A stretch of 64,000 nt of DNA from Eledone cirrhosa (Eukaryota). The notes beneath the pieces were generated by a model, which was given only the letters and a program-made list of their open reading frames with translations, was not told the DNA's origin and did no database searches. The position numbers and the translations under genes were made by a program. This document shows positions 1 through 11,295 of the stretch, in pieces. Each line of letters opens with the position of its first letter. Position 1 is the first letter of the stretch. The DNA is taken from positions 34,100,001-34,164,000 of the forward strand of contig OZ024740.1 in NCBI GenBank assembly GCA_964016885.1, given 5' to 3'.

Positions 1-3000
1 TTATGATAGTTGTTGTTTAACCCTAGGCCAGGTGTGATGGAGTTAAGTTATGATAGTTGTTGTTTAACCCTAGGCCAGGTGTGATGGAGTTAAGTTATGA
101 TAGTTGTTGTTTAATCCTAGGCCAGGTGTGATGGAATTAAGTTATGATAGTTGTTGTTTAACCCTAGGCCAGGTGTGATGGAGTTAAGTTATGATAGTTG
201 TTGTTTAATCCTAGGCCAGGTGTGATGGAGTTAAGTTATGATAGTTGTTGTTGTTTAACCCTAGGCCAGGTGTGATGGAGTTAAGTTATGATAGTTGTTG
301 TTTAATCCTAGGCCAGGTGTGATGGAGTTAAGTTATGATAGTTGTTGTTTAACACTAGGCCAGGTGTGATGGAGTTAGGTTATGATAGTTGTTGTTTAAC
401 ACTAGGCCAGGTGTGATGGAGTTAAGTTATCATAGTTGTTTAATCCTAGGCCAGGTGTGATGGAGTTAAGTTATGATAGTTGTTGTTTAATCCTAGGCCA
501 GGTGTGATGGAGTTAAGTTATGATAGTTGTTTAACACTAGGCCAGGTGTGATGGAGTTAAGTTATGATAGTTGTTGTTTAACACTAGGCCAGGTGTGATG
601 GAGTTAAGTTATGATAGTTGTTGTTTAACCCTAGGCCCGGTGTGATGGAGTTAAGTTATGATAGTTGTTGTTTAACCCTAGGCTAGGTGTGATGTAGTTA
701 AGTTATGATAGTTGTTGTTGTTTAACCCTAGGCCAGGTGTGATGGAGTTAAGTTATGATAGTTGTTGTTGTTTAACCCTAGGCCAGGTGTGATGGAGTTA
801 AGTTATGATAGTTGTTGTTTAACTCTAGGCCAGGTGTGATGGAGTTAAGTTATGATAGCTGTTGTTTAACTCTAGGCCAGGTGTTATGGAGTTAAGTTAT
901 GATAGCTGTTGTTTAACCCTAGGCCAGGTGTGATGGAGTTAAGTTATGATAGTTGTTGTTTAACCCTAGGCCAGGTGTGATGGAGTTAAGTTATGATAGT
1001 TGTTGTTTAACTCTAGGCCAGGTGTGATGGAGTTAAGTTATGATAGCTGTTGTTTAACTCTAGGCCAGGTGTGATGGAGTTAAGTTATGATAGTTGTTGT
1101 TTAACTCTAGGCCAGGTGTGATGGAGTTAAGTTATGATAGTTGTTGTTTAACTCTAGGCCAGGTGTGATGGAGTTAAGTTATGATAGTTGTTGTTTAACC
1201 CTAGGCCAGGTGTGATGTAGTTAAGTTATGATAGTTGTTGTTTAACTCTAGGCCAGGTGTGATGGAGTTAAGTTATGATAGTTGTTTTTCAACTCTAGGC
1301 CAGGTGTGATGGAGTTAAGTTAGGATAGTTGTTGTTTAACCCTAGGCCAGGTGTGATGGAGTTAAGTTATGATAGTTGTTGTTTAACTCTAGGCCAGGTG
1401 TGATGGAGTTAAGTTATGATAGCTGTTGTTTAACTCTAGGCCAGGTGTGATGGAGTTAAGTTATGATAGTTGTTGTTTACCTCTAGGCCAGGTGTGATGG
1501 AGTTAAGTTATGATAGTTGTTGTTTAATCCTAGGCCAGGTGTGATGGAGTTAAGTTATGATAGTTGTTGTTTAACACTAGGCCAGGTGTGATGGAGTTAG
1601 GTTATGATAGTTGTTGTTTAACACTAGGCCAGGTGTGATGGAGTTAAGTTATCATAGTTGTTTAATCCTAGGCCAGGTGTGATGGAGTTAAGTTATGATA
1701 GTTGTTGTTTAATCCTAGGCCAGGTGTGATGGAGTTAAGTTATGATAGTTGTTTAACACTAGGCCAGGTGTGATGGAGTTAAGTTATGATAGTTGTTGTT
1801 TAACACTAGGCCAGGTGTGATGGAGTTAAGTTATGATAGTTGTTGTTTAACCCTAGGCCCGGTGTGATGGAGTTAAGTTATGATAGTTGTTGTTTAACCC
1901 TAGGCTAGGTGTGATGTAGTTAAGTTATGATAGTTGTTGTTGTTTAACCCTAGGCCAGGTGTGATGGAGTTAAGTTATGATAGTTGTTGTTGTTTAACCC
2001 TAGGCCAGGTGTGATGGAGTTAAGTTATGATAGTTGTTGTTTAACTCTAGGCCAGGTGTGATGGAGTTAAGTTATGATAGCTGTTGTTTAACTCTAGGCC
2101 AGGTGTTATGGAGTTAAGTTATGATAGCTGTTGTTTAACCCTAGGCCAGGTGTGATGGAGTTAAGTTATGATAGTTGTTGTTTAACCCTAGGCCAGGTGT
2201 GATGGAGTTAAGTTATGATAGTTGTTGTTTAACTCTAGGCCAGGTGTGATGGAGTTAAGTTATGATAGCTGTTGTTTAACTCTAGGCCAGGTGTGATGGA
2301 GTTAAGTTATGATAGTTGTTGTTTAACTCTAGGCCAGGTGTGATGGAGTTAAGTTATGATAGTTGTTGTTTAACTCTAGGCCAGGTGTGATGGAGTTAAG
2401 TTATGATAGTTGTTGTTTAACCCTAGGCCAGGTGTGATGTAGTTAAGTTATGATAGTTGTTGTTTAACTCTAGGCCAGGTGTGATGGAGTTAAGTTATGA
2501 TAGCTGTTGTTTAACTCTAGGCCAGGTGTGATGGAGTTAAGTTATGATAGTTGTTTTTCAACTCTAGGCCAGGTGTGATGGAGTTAAGTTAGGATAGTTG
2601 TTGTTTAACCCTAGGCCAGGTGTGATGGAGTTAAGTTATGATAGTTGTTGTTTAACTCTAGGCCAGGTGTGATGGAGTTAAGTTATGATAGCTGTTGTTT
2701 AACTCTAGGCCAGGTGTGATGGAGTTAAGTTATGATAGTTGTTGTTTACCTCTAGGCCAGGTGTGATGGAGTTAAGTTATGATAGTTGTTGTTTACTCTA
2801 GGCTAGGTGTGATGGAGTTAAGTTATGAGAGTTGTTGTTTAACTCTAGGCCAGGTGTGATGTAGTTAAGTTATGAGAGTTGTTGTTTAACCCTAGGCCAG
2901 GTGTGATGGAGTTAAGTTAGTTGTTTAACACTAGGCCAGGTGTGATGGAGTTAAGTTATGATAGTTGTTGTTTAACTCTAGGCCAGGTGTGATGGAGTTA

Positions 3001-4375
3001 AGTTATGATAGTTGTTGTTTAACCCTAGGCCAGGTGTGATGTAGTTAAGTTATGATAGTTGTTGTTTAACTCTAGGCCAGGTGTGATGGAGTTAAGTTAT
3101 GATAGTTGTTGTTTAACTCTAGGCCAGGTGTGATGGAGTTAAGTTAGGATAGTTGTTGTTTAACCCTAGGCCAGGTGTGATGGAGTTAAGTTATGATAGT
3201 TGTTGTTTAACCCTAGGCCAGGTGTTATGGAGTTAAGTTATGATAGTTGTTGTTGTTTAACCCTAGGCCAGGTGTGATGGAGTTAAGTTATGATAGTTGT
3301 TGTTTAATCGTAGGCCAGGTGTGATGGAGTTAAGTTATGATAGTTGTTTAATCCTAGGCCAGGTGTGATGGAGTTAAGTTATGATAGTTGTTGTTTAACC
3401 CTAGGCCAGGTGTGATGGAGTTAAGTTATGATAGTTGTTGTTTAACCCTAGGCCCGGTGTGATGGAGTTAAGTTATGATAGTTGTTTAATCCTAGGCCAG
3501 GTGTGATGGAGTTAAGTTATGATAGTTGTTGTTTAATCCTAGGCCAGGTGTGATGGAGTTAAGTTATGATAGTTGTTGTTTAACACTAGGCCAGGTGTGA
3601 CGGAGTTAAGTTATGATAGTTGTTGTTTAACACTAGGCCAGGTGTGATGGAGTTAAGTTATGATAGTTGTTGTTTAACCCTAGGCCCGGTGTGATGGAGT
3701 TAAGTTATGATAGTTGTTGTTTAACTCTAGGCTAGGTGTGATGTAGTTAAGTTATGATAGTTGTTGTTGTTTAACCCTAGGCCAGGTGTGATGGAATTAA
3801 GTTATGATAGTTGTTGTTTAACCCTAGGCTAGGTGTGATGGAATTTAGTGATGATAGTTGTTGTTTAACCCTAGGCCAGGTGTGATGGAGTTAAGTTACG
3901 ATAGTTGTTGTTTAATCCTAGGCCAGGTGTGATGGAGTTAAGTTATGATAGTTGTTGTTTAACCCTAGGCCAGGTGTGATGGAGTTAAGTTATGATAGTT
4001 GTTGTTTAACTCTTGGCCAGGTGTGATGGAGTTAAGTTATGATAGTTGTTGTTTAACCCTAGGCCAGGTGTGATGGAGTTAAGTTATGATAGTTGTTTTT
4101 TAACCCTAGGCCAGGTGTGATGGAGTTAAGTTATACTAGTTGTTTAACCCTAGGCCAGGTGTGATGGAGTTAAGTTATGATAGTTGTTGTTCAACTCTAG
4201 GCCAGGTGTGATGGAGTTAAGTTATGATAGTTGTTGTTGTTTAACCCTAGTCCAGGTGTGATGGAGTTAAGTTATGATAGTTGTTGTTGTTTAAACCTAG
4301 TCCAGGTATTATGTAGTTAAGTAATGATAATTGTTGTTTAACCCTCGGCTAGGTGTGATGGAGTTTAGTTATGAT
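1..4375. repeat. Satellite, 47-bp monomer (ttatgatagttgttgtttaaccctaggccaggtgtgatggagttaag), ~93 copies, runs off the window start
   Basis: Monomer restarts at 1, 48, 95 etc. Variants are point changes and +/-3 bp (gtt) indels. Confidence 0.98.
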
Positions 4376-4414
4376 GACAGACCCTCCAGTTAGCTTTATA
4401 TCATGAACTATATC

Positions 4415-4850
4415 ATGATATTTAGATGACAATGTTGTATATTATATATACTACATATTGTATCTAGGGATATTTGGATAACAATGTTGAATATTATATT
4501 ATATTATATTATATTATAAAGATAACATTTAGACTGTTGTATATTATATTTATTACATAGTGTATCAAGAGATATTTAGATAACAATGTATATTATATAC
4601 ACTACATAGTGTATCTAGGGATATTTGGATAACAATGTTGTATATTATATTTACTACGTAGTGTATCAAGAGATATTTGGATAGTTGTAAACTGCAGTGT
4701 AACTGTCGACAATATTTAGTTAATATTGTATGATATACTTACTAAAAATGTATCTAGGGATATTATTTAGAATAGTGTTGTATAGTATACTAATACATGG
4801 TATATTGAGAGATAATATATATAATTATATAGTATATTTTTAGATAATAT
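4415..4850. repeat. Degenerate ~50-bp AT-rich tandem repeat
   Basis: Recurring gatattt(a/g)gataacaatgttgtatattatat...actacatagtgtatctaggg. Confidence 0.7.
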
Positions 4851-4886
4851 TTGATTTAACCATGATTTTGATTTTCTAATTTACAG

Positions 4887-4913
4887 TTTGAGAAAATAAG
4901 GATTTCCACTTGA
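4887..4913 (+). other. Weak candidate terminal exon of a host gene (FEKIRIST* or another frame), with possible 3' UTR to AATAAA at 5511
   Basis: Branch/acceptor-like ttttctaatttacag ending at 4886, then non-repetitive sequence. AATAAA at 5511-5516 is followed by a T/GT-rich tract. No homology recognised. Confidence 0.2.
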
Positions 4914-5579
4914 TGGCCTTCTGAACAACCAATATGATGTGAAATAATTAGTTTACTGTGATAAAATACTTGGAATGCTGTCATGAAAATTTAACTGCAT
5001 TTTTCTGTGGGCTAGTCAAATACTTAACTGAGTTCCTTTTCTGATTGTTGCTGTTAAATTTTATTGAATTCAGTTGAACTGTTTATACATCAATATTTCA
5101 ATATATGCAGATAAGGAAGATAAAAGGGTGTTTTACTTCACTTCTTTCATATAGATACTTGTGGCTGCTTTTATTGTTGATACAAATTTTAGTCTATCAG
5201 AAAGTGCCATTATAAAACACTGTTTAACACAATAGTGGTTCTTGTGATTTGTCATTAAAGAGATGTAATTTGACAATAACTATCAAGAGTATAATTCATT
5301 TAGAAATTATCACCTGCCATAAATATAATCCATTTCTCATGATTGAATTTTTCTTTCACCACTTTTATCCTAGAAAAAAAAAAAAAAGAAAAAAGAAACA
5401 AATATTTCTACAAACTGTTGTGTCATCCTGATAATAGAAGCCACTTTGTGAGTCTGTTTAGATATTTAGATTCATACTTGTAAATAGTTACTTTTAAACT
5501 GATTATATTTAATAAAATTTATTATTTAATATAATTTTTGTTTTGTATTCTTTATTCCCCATTTGATTGGCTTAATTAT

Positions 5580-5776
5580 CATCGCTACCACCAGGGTTTG
5601 GTGACTTGGTGTTGCTCTTGTGCCTTTTGAACCCGAGGGTAGCTCTGTGGATGTTTTCGAAATAGACATGGTTGATGGTGAGATGCCAGGCATCACAGTC
5701 CTCAGCTAGACAACTGGCAATGATTGATGTGACAGAGACTAATTTAAAAAAAAAAATAGTCCTATCCTTTCCTTGG
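5580..5776 (-). mobile_element. 3' end of an RTE-clade LINE (continuation of 8723-10720)
   Basis: Minus-strand translation PRKG..AEDCDAWHLTINH..FENIHRATL matches the RTE C-terminus (G.P.KRY.D...A.DR..W). It joins the LYGKLSTGH segment ending at 8723. Confidence 0.8.
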
Positions 5777-5999
5777 CACAGTGTGTAAAAATTTGGGAAT
5801 AAATTCATATCTCTGCAAAAAATTGACATAGAGAAGTCGTTAATGGCTCGTTGGAAACGTTTTGGTAAGCTGCAACTTTTGAAGATAAAATCTAATTTCT
5901 TTTTCTAGCATTTGCTGCAAAAATTGTTAAATAGCTGTGATTTGTGGTTGGCCGAAAAATAAATGTATTAGAATTGTAAATTCTGTTAATCACTTCATA

Positions 6000-7510
6000 G
6001 CGATAGATTTAGCATACTTAGAGGAGGTGTCTCTCTCTCTGGACTCAGCAAAAAAGACCAAGAATTATGGCTTGTTAATAACATTTAGACAAACGCTGTT
6101 CCAGTCCTGCATTTGCTCATCCAGTTTTGTTTGTACAAGCTGTAGAGATCAAGGTGTGTTGTCAGGGAAAGGTTTGGTTCATGTGTCTCAGTGAATGACA
6201 TAAATGGGAATATCACCAGAAAAACAGTGTTCAATGATTGATGGCAAGAAGGTATCACTTCTTCAAGGTCACTGGTGTATTCTCTCATTTATGCCATGCC
6301 ACATGAGCTGATGCAAATGACACTTCAGTAATATCTTATGGATTTCAGATAACAAAAGATTATAATTCCTGCAAGGAAGCATGGGGGAAAATTGGTTGTT
6401 GATGAGATATCATATTCTAGCAGTGAAAGGCAGGGTCAGTGCCATGGAAACATTATAAAAGCAGATTTGTATTGTTTCTCAGTCCTTCACTCAAACTGAG
6501 ATCATTAGATTTTGCTCAAAATATTTTGTATCACTTGATTGCTGGTCAAAAAACATGGGGTGGAGCTTGACATTTATTGTGATTTATTCAGCATACCAAG
6601 CAACAGTGCATTGACCATATCAGGTCAACCACTGGAGTGCTAATGGACTCACCCAGTGGAATAGGTGAGAACACCAATACACCACCATTAGCTAATGGAC
6701 TCACCCAGTGGAACAGGTGAGAACACCAATACACCACCATTAGCTAATGGACTCACCCAGTGGAATAGGGGAGAATACCAATACACCACCATTAGCTAAT
6801 GGACTCACCCAGTGGAATAGGTGAGAACACCAATACACCACCATTAGCTGATGGACTCACCCAGTGGAACAGGTGAGAACACCAATACACCACCATTAGC
6901 TAATGGACTCACCCAGTGGAATAGGGGAGAATACCAATACACCACCATTAGCTAATGGACTCACCCAGTGGAACAGGTGAGAACACCAATACACCACCAT
7001 TAGCTCACTGACTTTTCAGTCTGAAAAACTGCCAAAATGTTTTCTCATTTTGAACCAGGAAGACAAGAACAATTATGAAATATTCTTGTCTCTGACCAAC
7101 GTTGTGCTCTTGTTACACAATCAGTGAACCAGAAGAAGGTCAGGTCTAACAGATGGAAGGCACTTGGGATAGATTTAATGTTACATCTACAAAACTCATT
7201 GATGAGAGAGGCTTCTCAAAGCTGGTTATAATTCCACCATTCCTTCAAATGTGTGTTTACAGCTGGGAACGTTTTGAATAGAATGGTGGGCAGTCAATTG
7301 TGAAATAGAGTGAAAATTCACTTAATAGTTGGAACAAACACATTAGGTCATTCCAGAGAGGGTCAGCTACAAAATCTTGCCAGCTTTCAGTAAAAGACAA
7401 CATTCATGACATCTGAAGGATGCTTATAATGTCTCATCTGGAAATTTCATCAAAAAGACCTCGCCCTGGCTGCTTCATTTGTGGAGAAATAGACACACAA
7501 CTCAGTCATT
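6000..7510 (+). pseudogene. Transib/RAG1-like DDE transposase pseudogene (stops, frameshifts)
   Basis: Manual translation gives motifs in Transib order: SMIDGK (6231-6248, 2nd catalytic D); F-S-H-L-C-H-A-T (degenerate CxxC); FSVLH/KLRSLDFAQNILYHLIAGQKTW; KQQCIDHIRSTTGVLMDSPSGIGENTNTPPLAH*LFS; IPPFLQMCVYSWERFE*NGGQSIVK*SENSLNSWNKHIRSF..KDNIHDI*RMLIMSHLEI..RPGCFICGE. Confidence 0.82.
6639..7002. repeat. 52-bp minisatellite, 7 copies, inside the transposase pseudogene
   Basis: Unit gctaatggactcacccagtggaa(t/c)aggtgagaacaccaatacaccaccatta at 6639, 6691, 6743, 6795, 6847, 6899, 6951. Confidence 0.97.
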
Positions 7511-8722
7511 CAAACATAAGAATGTTTCACTTTCAAATGCCTCCATGTATTTTACATAGACATTGAGTATTGAACTTTTGAAGCACTTAATTTTTATCTT
7601 TATATTAGTTTAAAAGTCTAACTGATACGTGCATTCAGTTTCAAAATGTATAATCTTTTCTAAGTAACATTGGTTACTGCAAAGGCTCTATATTATTTCT
7701 AAATGTCAATTGTTGCTCAACATCAAGTCCCTATCATATGGTGACTATTTTAAATGGAGCTGCCTCTCTAATTTCAGGGTTTTAAACGCACTGTTTTTTC
7801 GGCCAGCATAAAATTTTCTCGATAACAGTGCCAAAACAACTGACAACCCTGAATTTACACTGGGATAATGAAATGTCTATAAATATCTATATTTAATTAG
7901 AAAGTGAACAACACAAAATATAACTACTCCATTACCAAAGGTTTCTGGATTACAGACGATAATAATATATGTCTGCATCATTCGTCAGACAGAGATGTTA
8001 TAGATAAAAGATATGAAATGGGATTTATATCTCTGTTCTATACATAGAGCACTCTTTTTTCCTTTGCTTTTCCTTTGGAATTACCTAACATATAAATATC
8101 TATATTAAACATTTCAGTCCATTTGAGTATCATTGTAATGGATACCATTAAACAAAAGTGTGTCTTAACACAAAAATGTGTTATTTTCATGGGGAACTGA
8201 TTTGTTGTAAGCTCCAATCAAGAACGTTCAAGTCAGCTTAAAACTTTTAACTATTTTTGCTTGAAAGTCCACCATAACCAGAAGATTCCAGAAAGTACTA
8301 ACTCTATAGTGTGGAATGCTGTGAAATTAAAAACATTTTGGTTTTCTGAAGACTTAGTTCGAACAAAAATGGAATAATTTCATTACAACGAACTATTAGA
8401 TTTCTAAAAGTTGCCTGATTTTTGTTAGACTTGTTTATAAAATTATAGTTAGCATGGTAAAATTCAATATATTATCTTTCAGAAAAGTGCCAGTTTAATC
8501 TCTGGTTTACTGGCTTTGATATTTTATAGCCTATTTATTTTGGAGGATTTTAAAGATTTTTTTGTTAACTAATTTTTTGTGCAAAAGTACTGTCTTTCAA
8601 TTATAAAATTCTATAGACACAATCTTTTTAGCTGTGGGTTTTTGCTTCTCGCAACAGAAAATTTGTAATAAACAATGATAGGAAAAATTTCAAAAAATAA
8701 TTTCCACTCAGGGTGCACTGTG

Positions 8723-10720
8723 CATGGTGCTGCAGTGGCCAGTGGAGAGTTTACCATACAGTGTGATCCTGAGCAGGTGATGATCCTTCATTCTGGAAAC
8801 GTGCTCTGCTCAGCATAGTTGGGAATTCAGCAGCATAGCCTCGATGCTGGTGACCACCTCCTATTCAAGGACTTCAACATTGGTGATGACGTCACACCAG
8901 TGAATGTTGAGAATAGTGCAGAGGCAGCGTTTGTGAAGTACTCAAGTAGTCGAAGGTGGTCATGTTAAGTGACCTATGACTCAGCCATATAGGAGGGAGG
9001 TAAGGACTATAGCTCTGTACACTCTGATCTTGGTACCCTTCTTCAGTGTTTATTGTTCCACACATGTTTGTACAGGCTGGAAAATGCATTGTTCACCTTT
9101 CCCATTCTGTTGTTGAATTCCTGTTGATCTTTGCAATTGATGTAATAGTGCACCACAGGTAGGTGAACCGATGAACCGTTTTCAATTCAGTCTCGCCAAT
9201 GGTGAAATGAGGCAGGTGGTACTCTTTTTGAGGTGCAGGGTGGTGGAGTACCTCCGTCTTTAAGTTGACTTCCAGCCTAAAGAGCTGAGCAGCCTCTGCG
9301 AAGCAGGAAGTGATGTGATGCAAGGTTCTTTCTGTGGGCAGCATTGTTGACAAAGAGGAGGTCTCGGATCAGTTGCTCCAGGGTGTTCGTATGGGCCTGT
9401 AATTATCGAAGATTAAACAGGCTTCCATCAAGATTTTCTGTGGCCTGCTTGAGCATCATGCTGAAAAAGATGGTGAATAGAATTGGTGTCAGAACACAAC
9501 CTTGCTTAACTCCATTGATGATCGGGAAGAGCTCTGAGAGGTCACTGCTGAGTCTGACTTGGCTATGGTGATCTTCGTGCAGCTGGATGACCATTTTCTT
9601 TGAGAGATAACCAAGTCGTTCCATGATCTGCCACATTTTTTTCTGCTCACTGTGATTTAGTCAACTAAGTCACAAATGATTTAGTTAACGAATGCTACAT
9701 ACAACCTCTTATTTTGCTTTTGGCACTTCTATTGGAACTGCCTAAGAATAAACACCATGTCTAGTGTTCTTGTTGACTCTGAAGCTGCACTAGCTCCCTG
9801 GGAGGTGTTTCTCAGTGATGGTTAGTACCTATCTGTTCAGCAGGATTTTTCCCACGATAGAGAGTAGAGTAATCCTCCAGTAATTTGAGCAGTCTGACTT
9901 TTCCCCTTTATTCTTGTACAGGGTGATGATAACTGCATCGTGGAGATCTTGTGATAGATTTCTCTGCTCTCAGCAACAGTCAAAGAGCTCGTGGGGTTTC
10001 ATATGTAGCGCTGGGCCCCCGGGAATTCCTCGACTCCTGCTGCTTTGCCACTCTTTAGCTGTTTCATAGCTATGGTTGTCTTTTCAATTGTGGGCAAACT
10101 TATCGAGTTTCACTTTTGTTGGTTGTTGGGGAATGCAGAGAATTGCTGATTTCTGGATAGTGTAGTTAGTGCTGAAGAGGGCCTGGAAATGTTCTGACTA
10201 ATGGCTTAGAGTGGATGCCCTGTCTGTGAAGAGCACTTCGCTGTCTGCATTGCGCAAAAGACTGATATGTAGGGCCATAAGCCACTTTAAGGGCTTTGAG
10301 AAGCCTCTAATATCTTCCGTGTCAGCGTATAACTGAATTCTCTCAACGAGATTGGTCTACCACTTGTTCTGGATCTCACAAAGCTTGCATTGGATGTTAC
10401 TGCATACAAGGCAGACACAGCTTTCGTCACATGACAAGTGGGCCTTATGGATGGATTTCTTCTTCACCAGCAATTCTTGAATTTCCTTATTGTCTTCGTC
10501 AAACTAGCCTTTGTTCTTTCTTTGAGGTGAACCCAAGGACTTCCCCATATGTTTTCAGAATAGCACTCGTGAGTTGCTCCCAAAGTGTTCTGGGAGAGGG
10601 ATTCGTGGCAATGCTCGCATCTTCAAACTTTGATTGAAGTGCTACGTGGAAGTTAGCTTTCACGTCAACTGACTGGAAACTGCCAACCTTGAATTTTTTC
10701 CCGATGGCCCTTCCTTTCTT
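8723..10720 (-). mobile_element. RTE-clade LINE, degraded reverse-transcriptase region
   Basis: Fragments GVKQGCVLTPILFTIFFSMML, CFAEAAQLFRLEVNLKTEVLHHPAP and IGETELKTVHRFTYL. Further upstream on the minus strand: ITLYKNKGEKSDCSNYWRITLLSIVGK. Confidence 0.9.
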
Positions 10721-10789
10721 TCGTTACTGACCTCTCCTTCATCTTCTTGCTCTTCTATATCTTTCTATTTCTTCTTTTATCTCTCATTC

Positions 10790-10830
10790 TATCTTCTGAC
10801 GAAGGACTAGCCTCCAAAACGTTAAAACTC
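10790..10830 (+). ncRNA. Degenerate minimal hammerhead ribozyme motif (Penelope pLTR remnant)
   Basis: CTGACGA(10796-10802)-a-gga-ctagcc-tcc-AAAA-cgtt. The GAAA box has decayed to AAAA (CpG-type change). Confidence 0.4.
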
Positions 10831-10914
10831 TTTTCTTTCTATATCAAGCATTAAACTAATATATATTTTCATTGTACTGTATTGTTTACTTTGTTGTTTT
10901 CCGTTTACTTTTCG

Positions 10915-11295
10915 CGCGCGTACGCACACACACAATCACACCCACCCACCCCCACACACACACAGGAACACACAAACACACACACGAACACACACACATA
11001 AACACACACACACATATATACATACATTTGGCAAGTGTGGCAGCTTTTCACATTCAATATGGCCATAGGCAAGAATTCATAACAATCTCACAACATTTGA
11101 AATGGTAAATTGAACACTCTCTCTCTCACTTTACCTCTCAACCTCACTAACTCCCTCTCTCTCACACATGCCTTCCCTTTCTCACACACTCCCTCACTCT
11201 CACATACACACAGGCACGCACGTGCACACACGCGCACTCAGGCACACACACACATACACGCACAGACACATACACCCACGCGCACACAAACACAC
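10915..11295. repeat. (CA)n/(CT)n compound microsatellite
   Basis: Direct inspection. Confidence 0.9.

Larger units (their letters stand above)
5777..8722 (+). mobile_element. Transib-superfamily (RAG1-core-like) DNA transposon, decayed
   Basis: CACAGTG at 5777-5783 and its inverse CACTGTG at 8716-8722. The 5-bp flanks CTTGG (5772-5776) and CATGG (8723-8727) form a TSD with one mismatch. Removing the element restores a continuous RTE LINE. Transib-type transposase motifs inside. Confidence 0.85.

Noticed and set aside
1-4375. Telomere-like TAACCCT in the monomer
   Set aside because: One copy per 47 bp, often mutated (taactct, taacact, taatcct); not a (TTAGGG)n array.
8637-8645. RSS nonamer-like GCAAAAACC (minus strand), and GCAAAAAAT at 5815
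   Set aside because: Spacers to the heptamers are 70 and 31 bp, not 12/23, and such A-rich 9-mers are common in AT-rich DNA. Not claimed without a family consensus.
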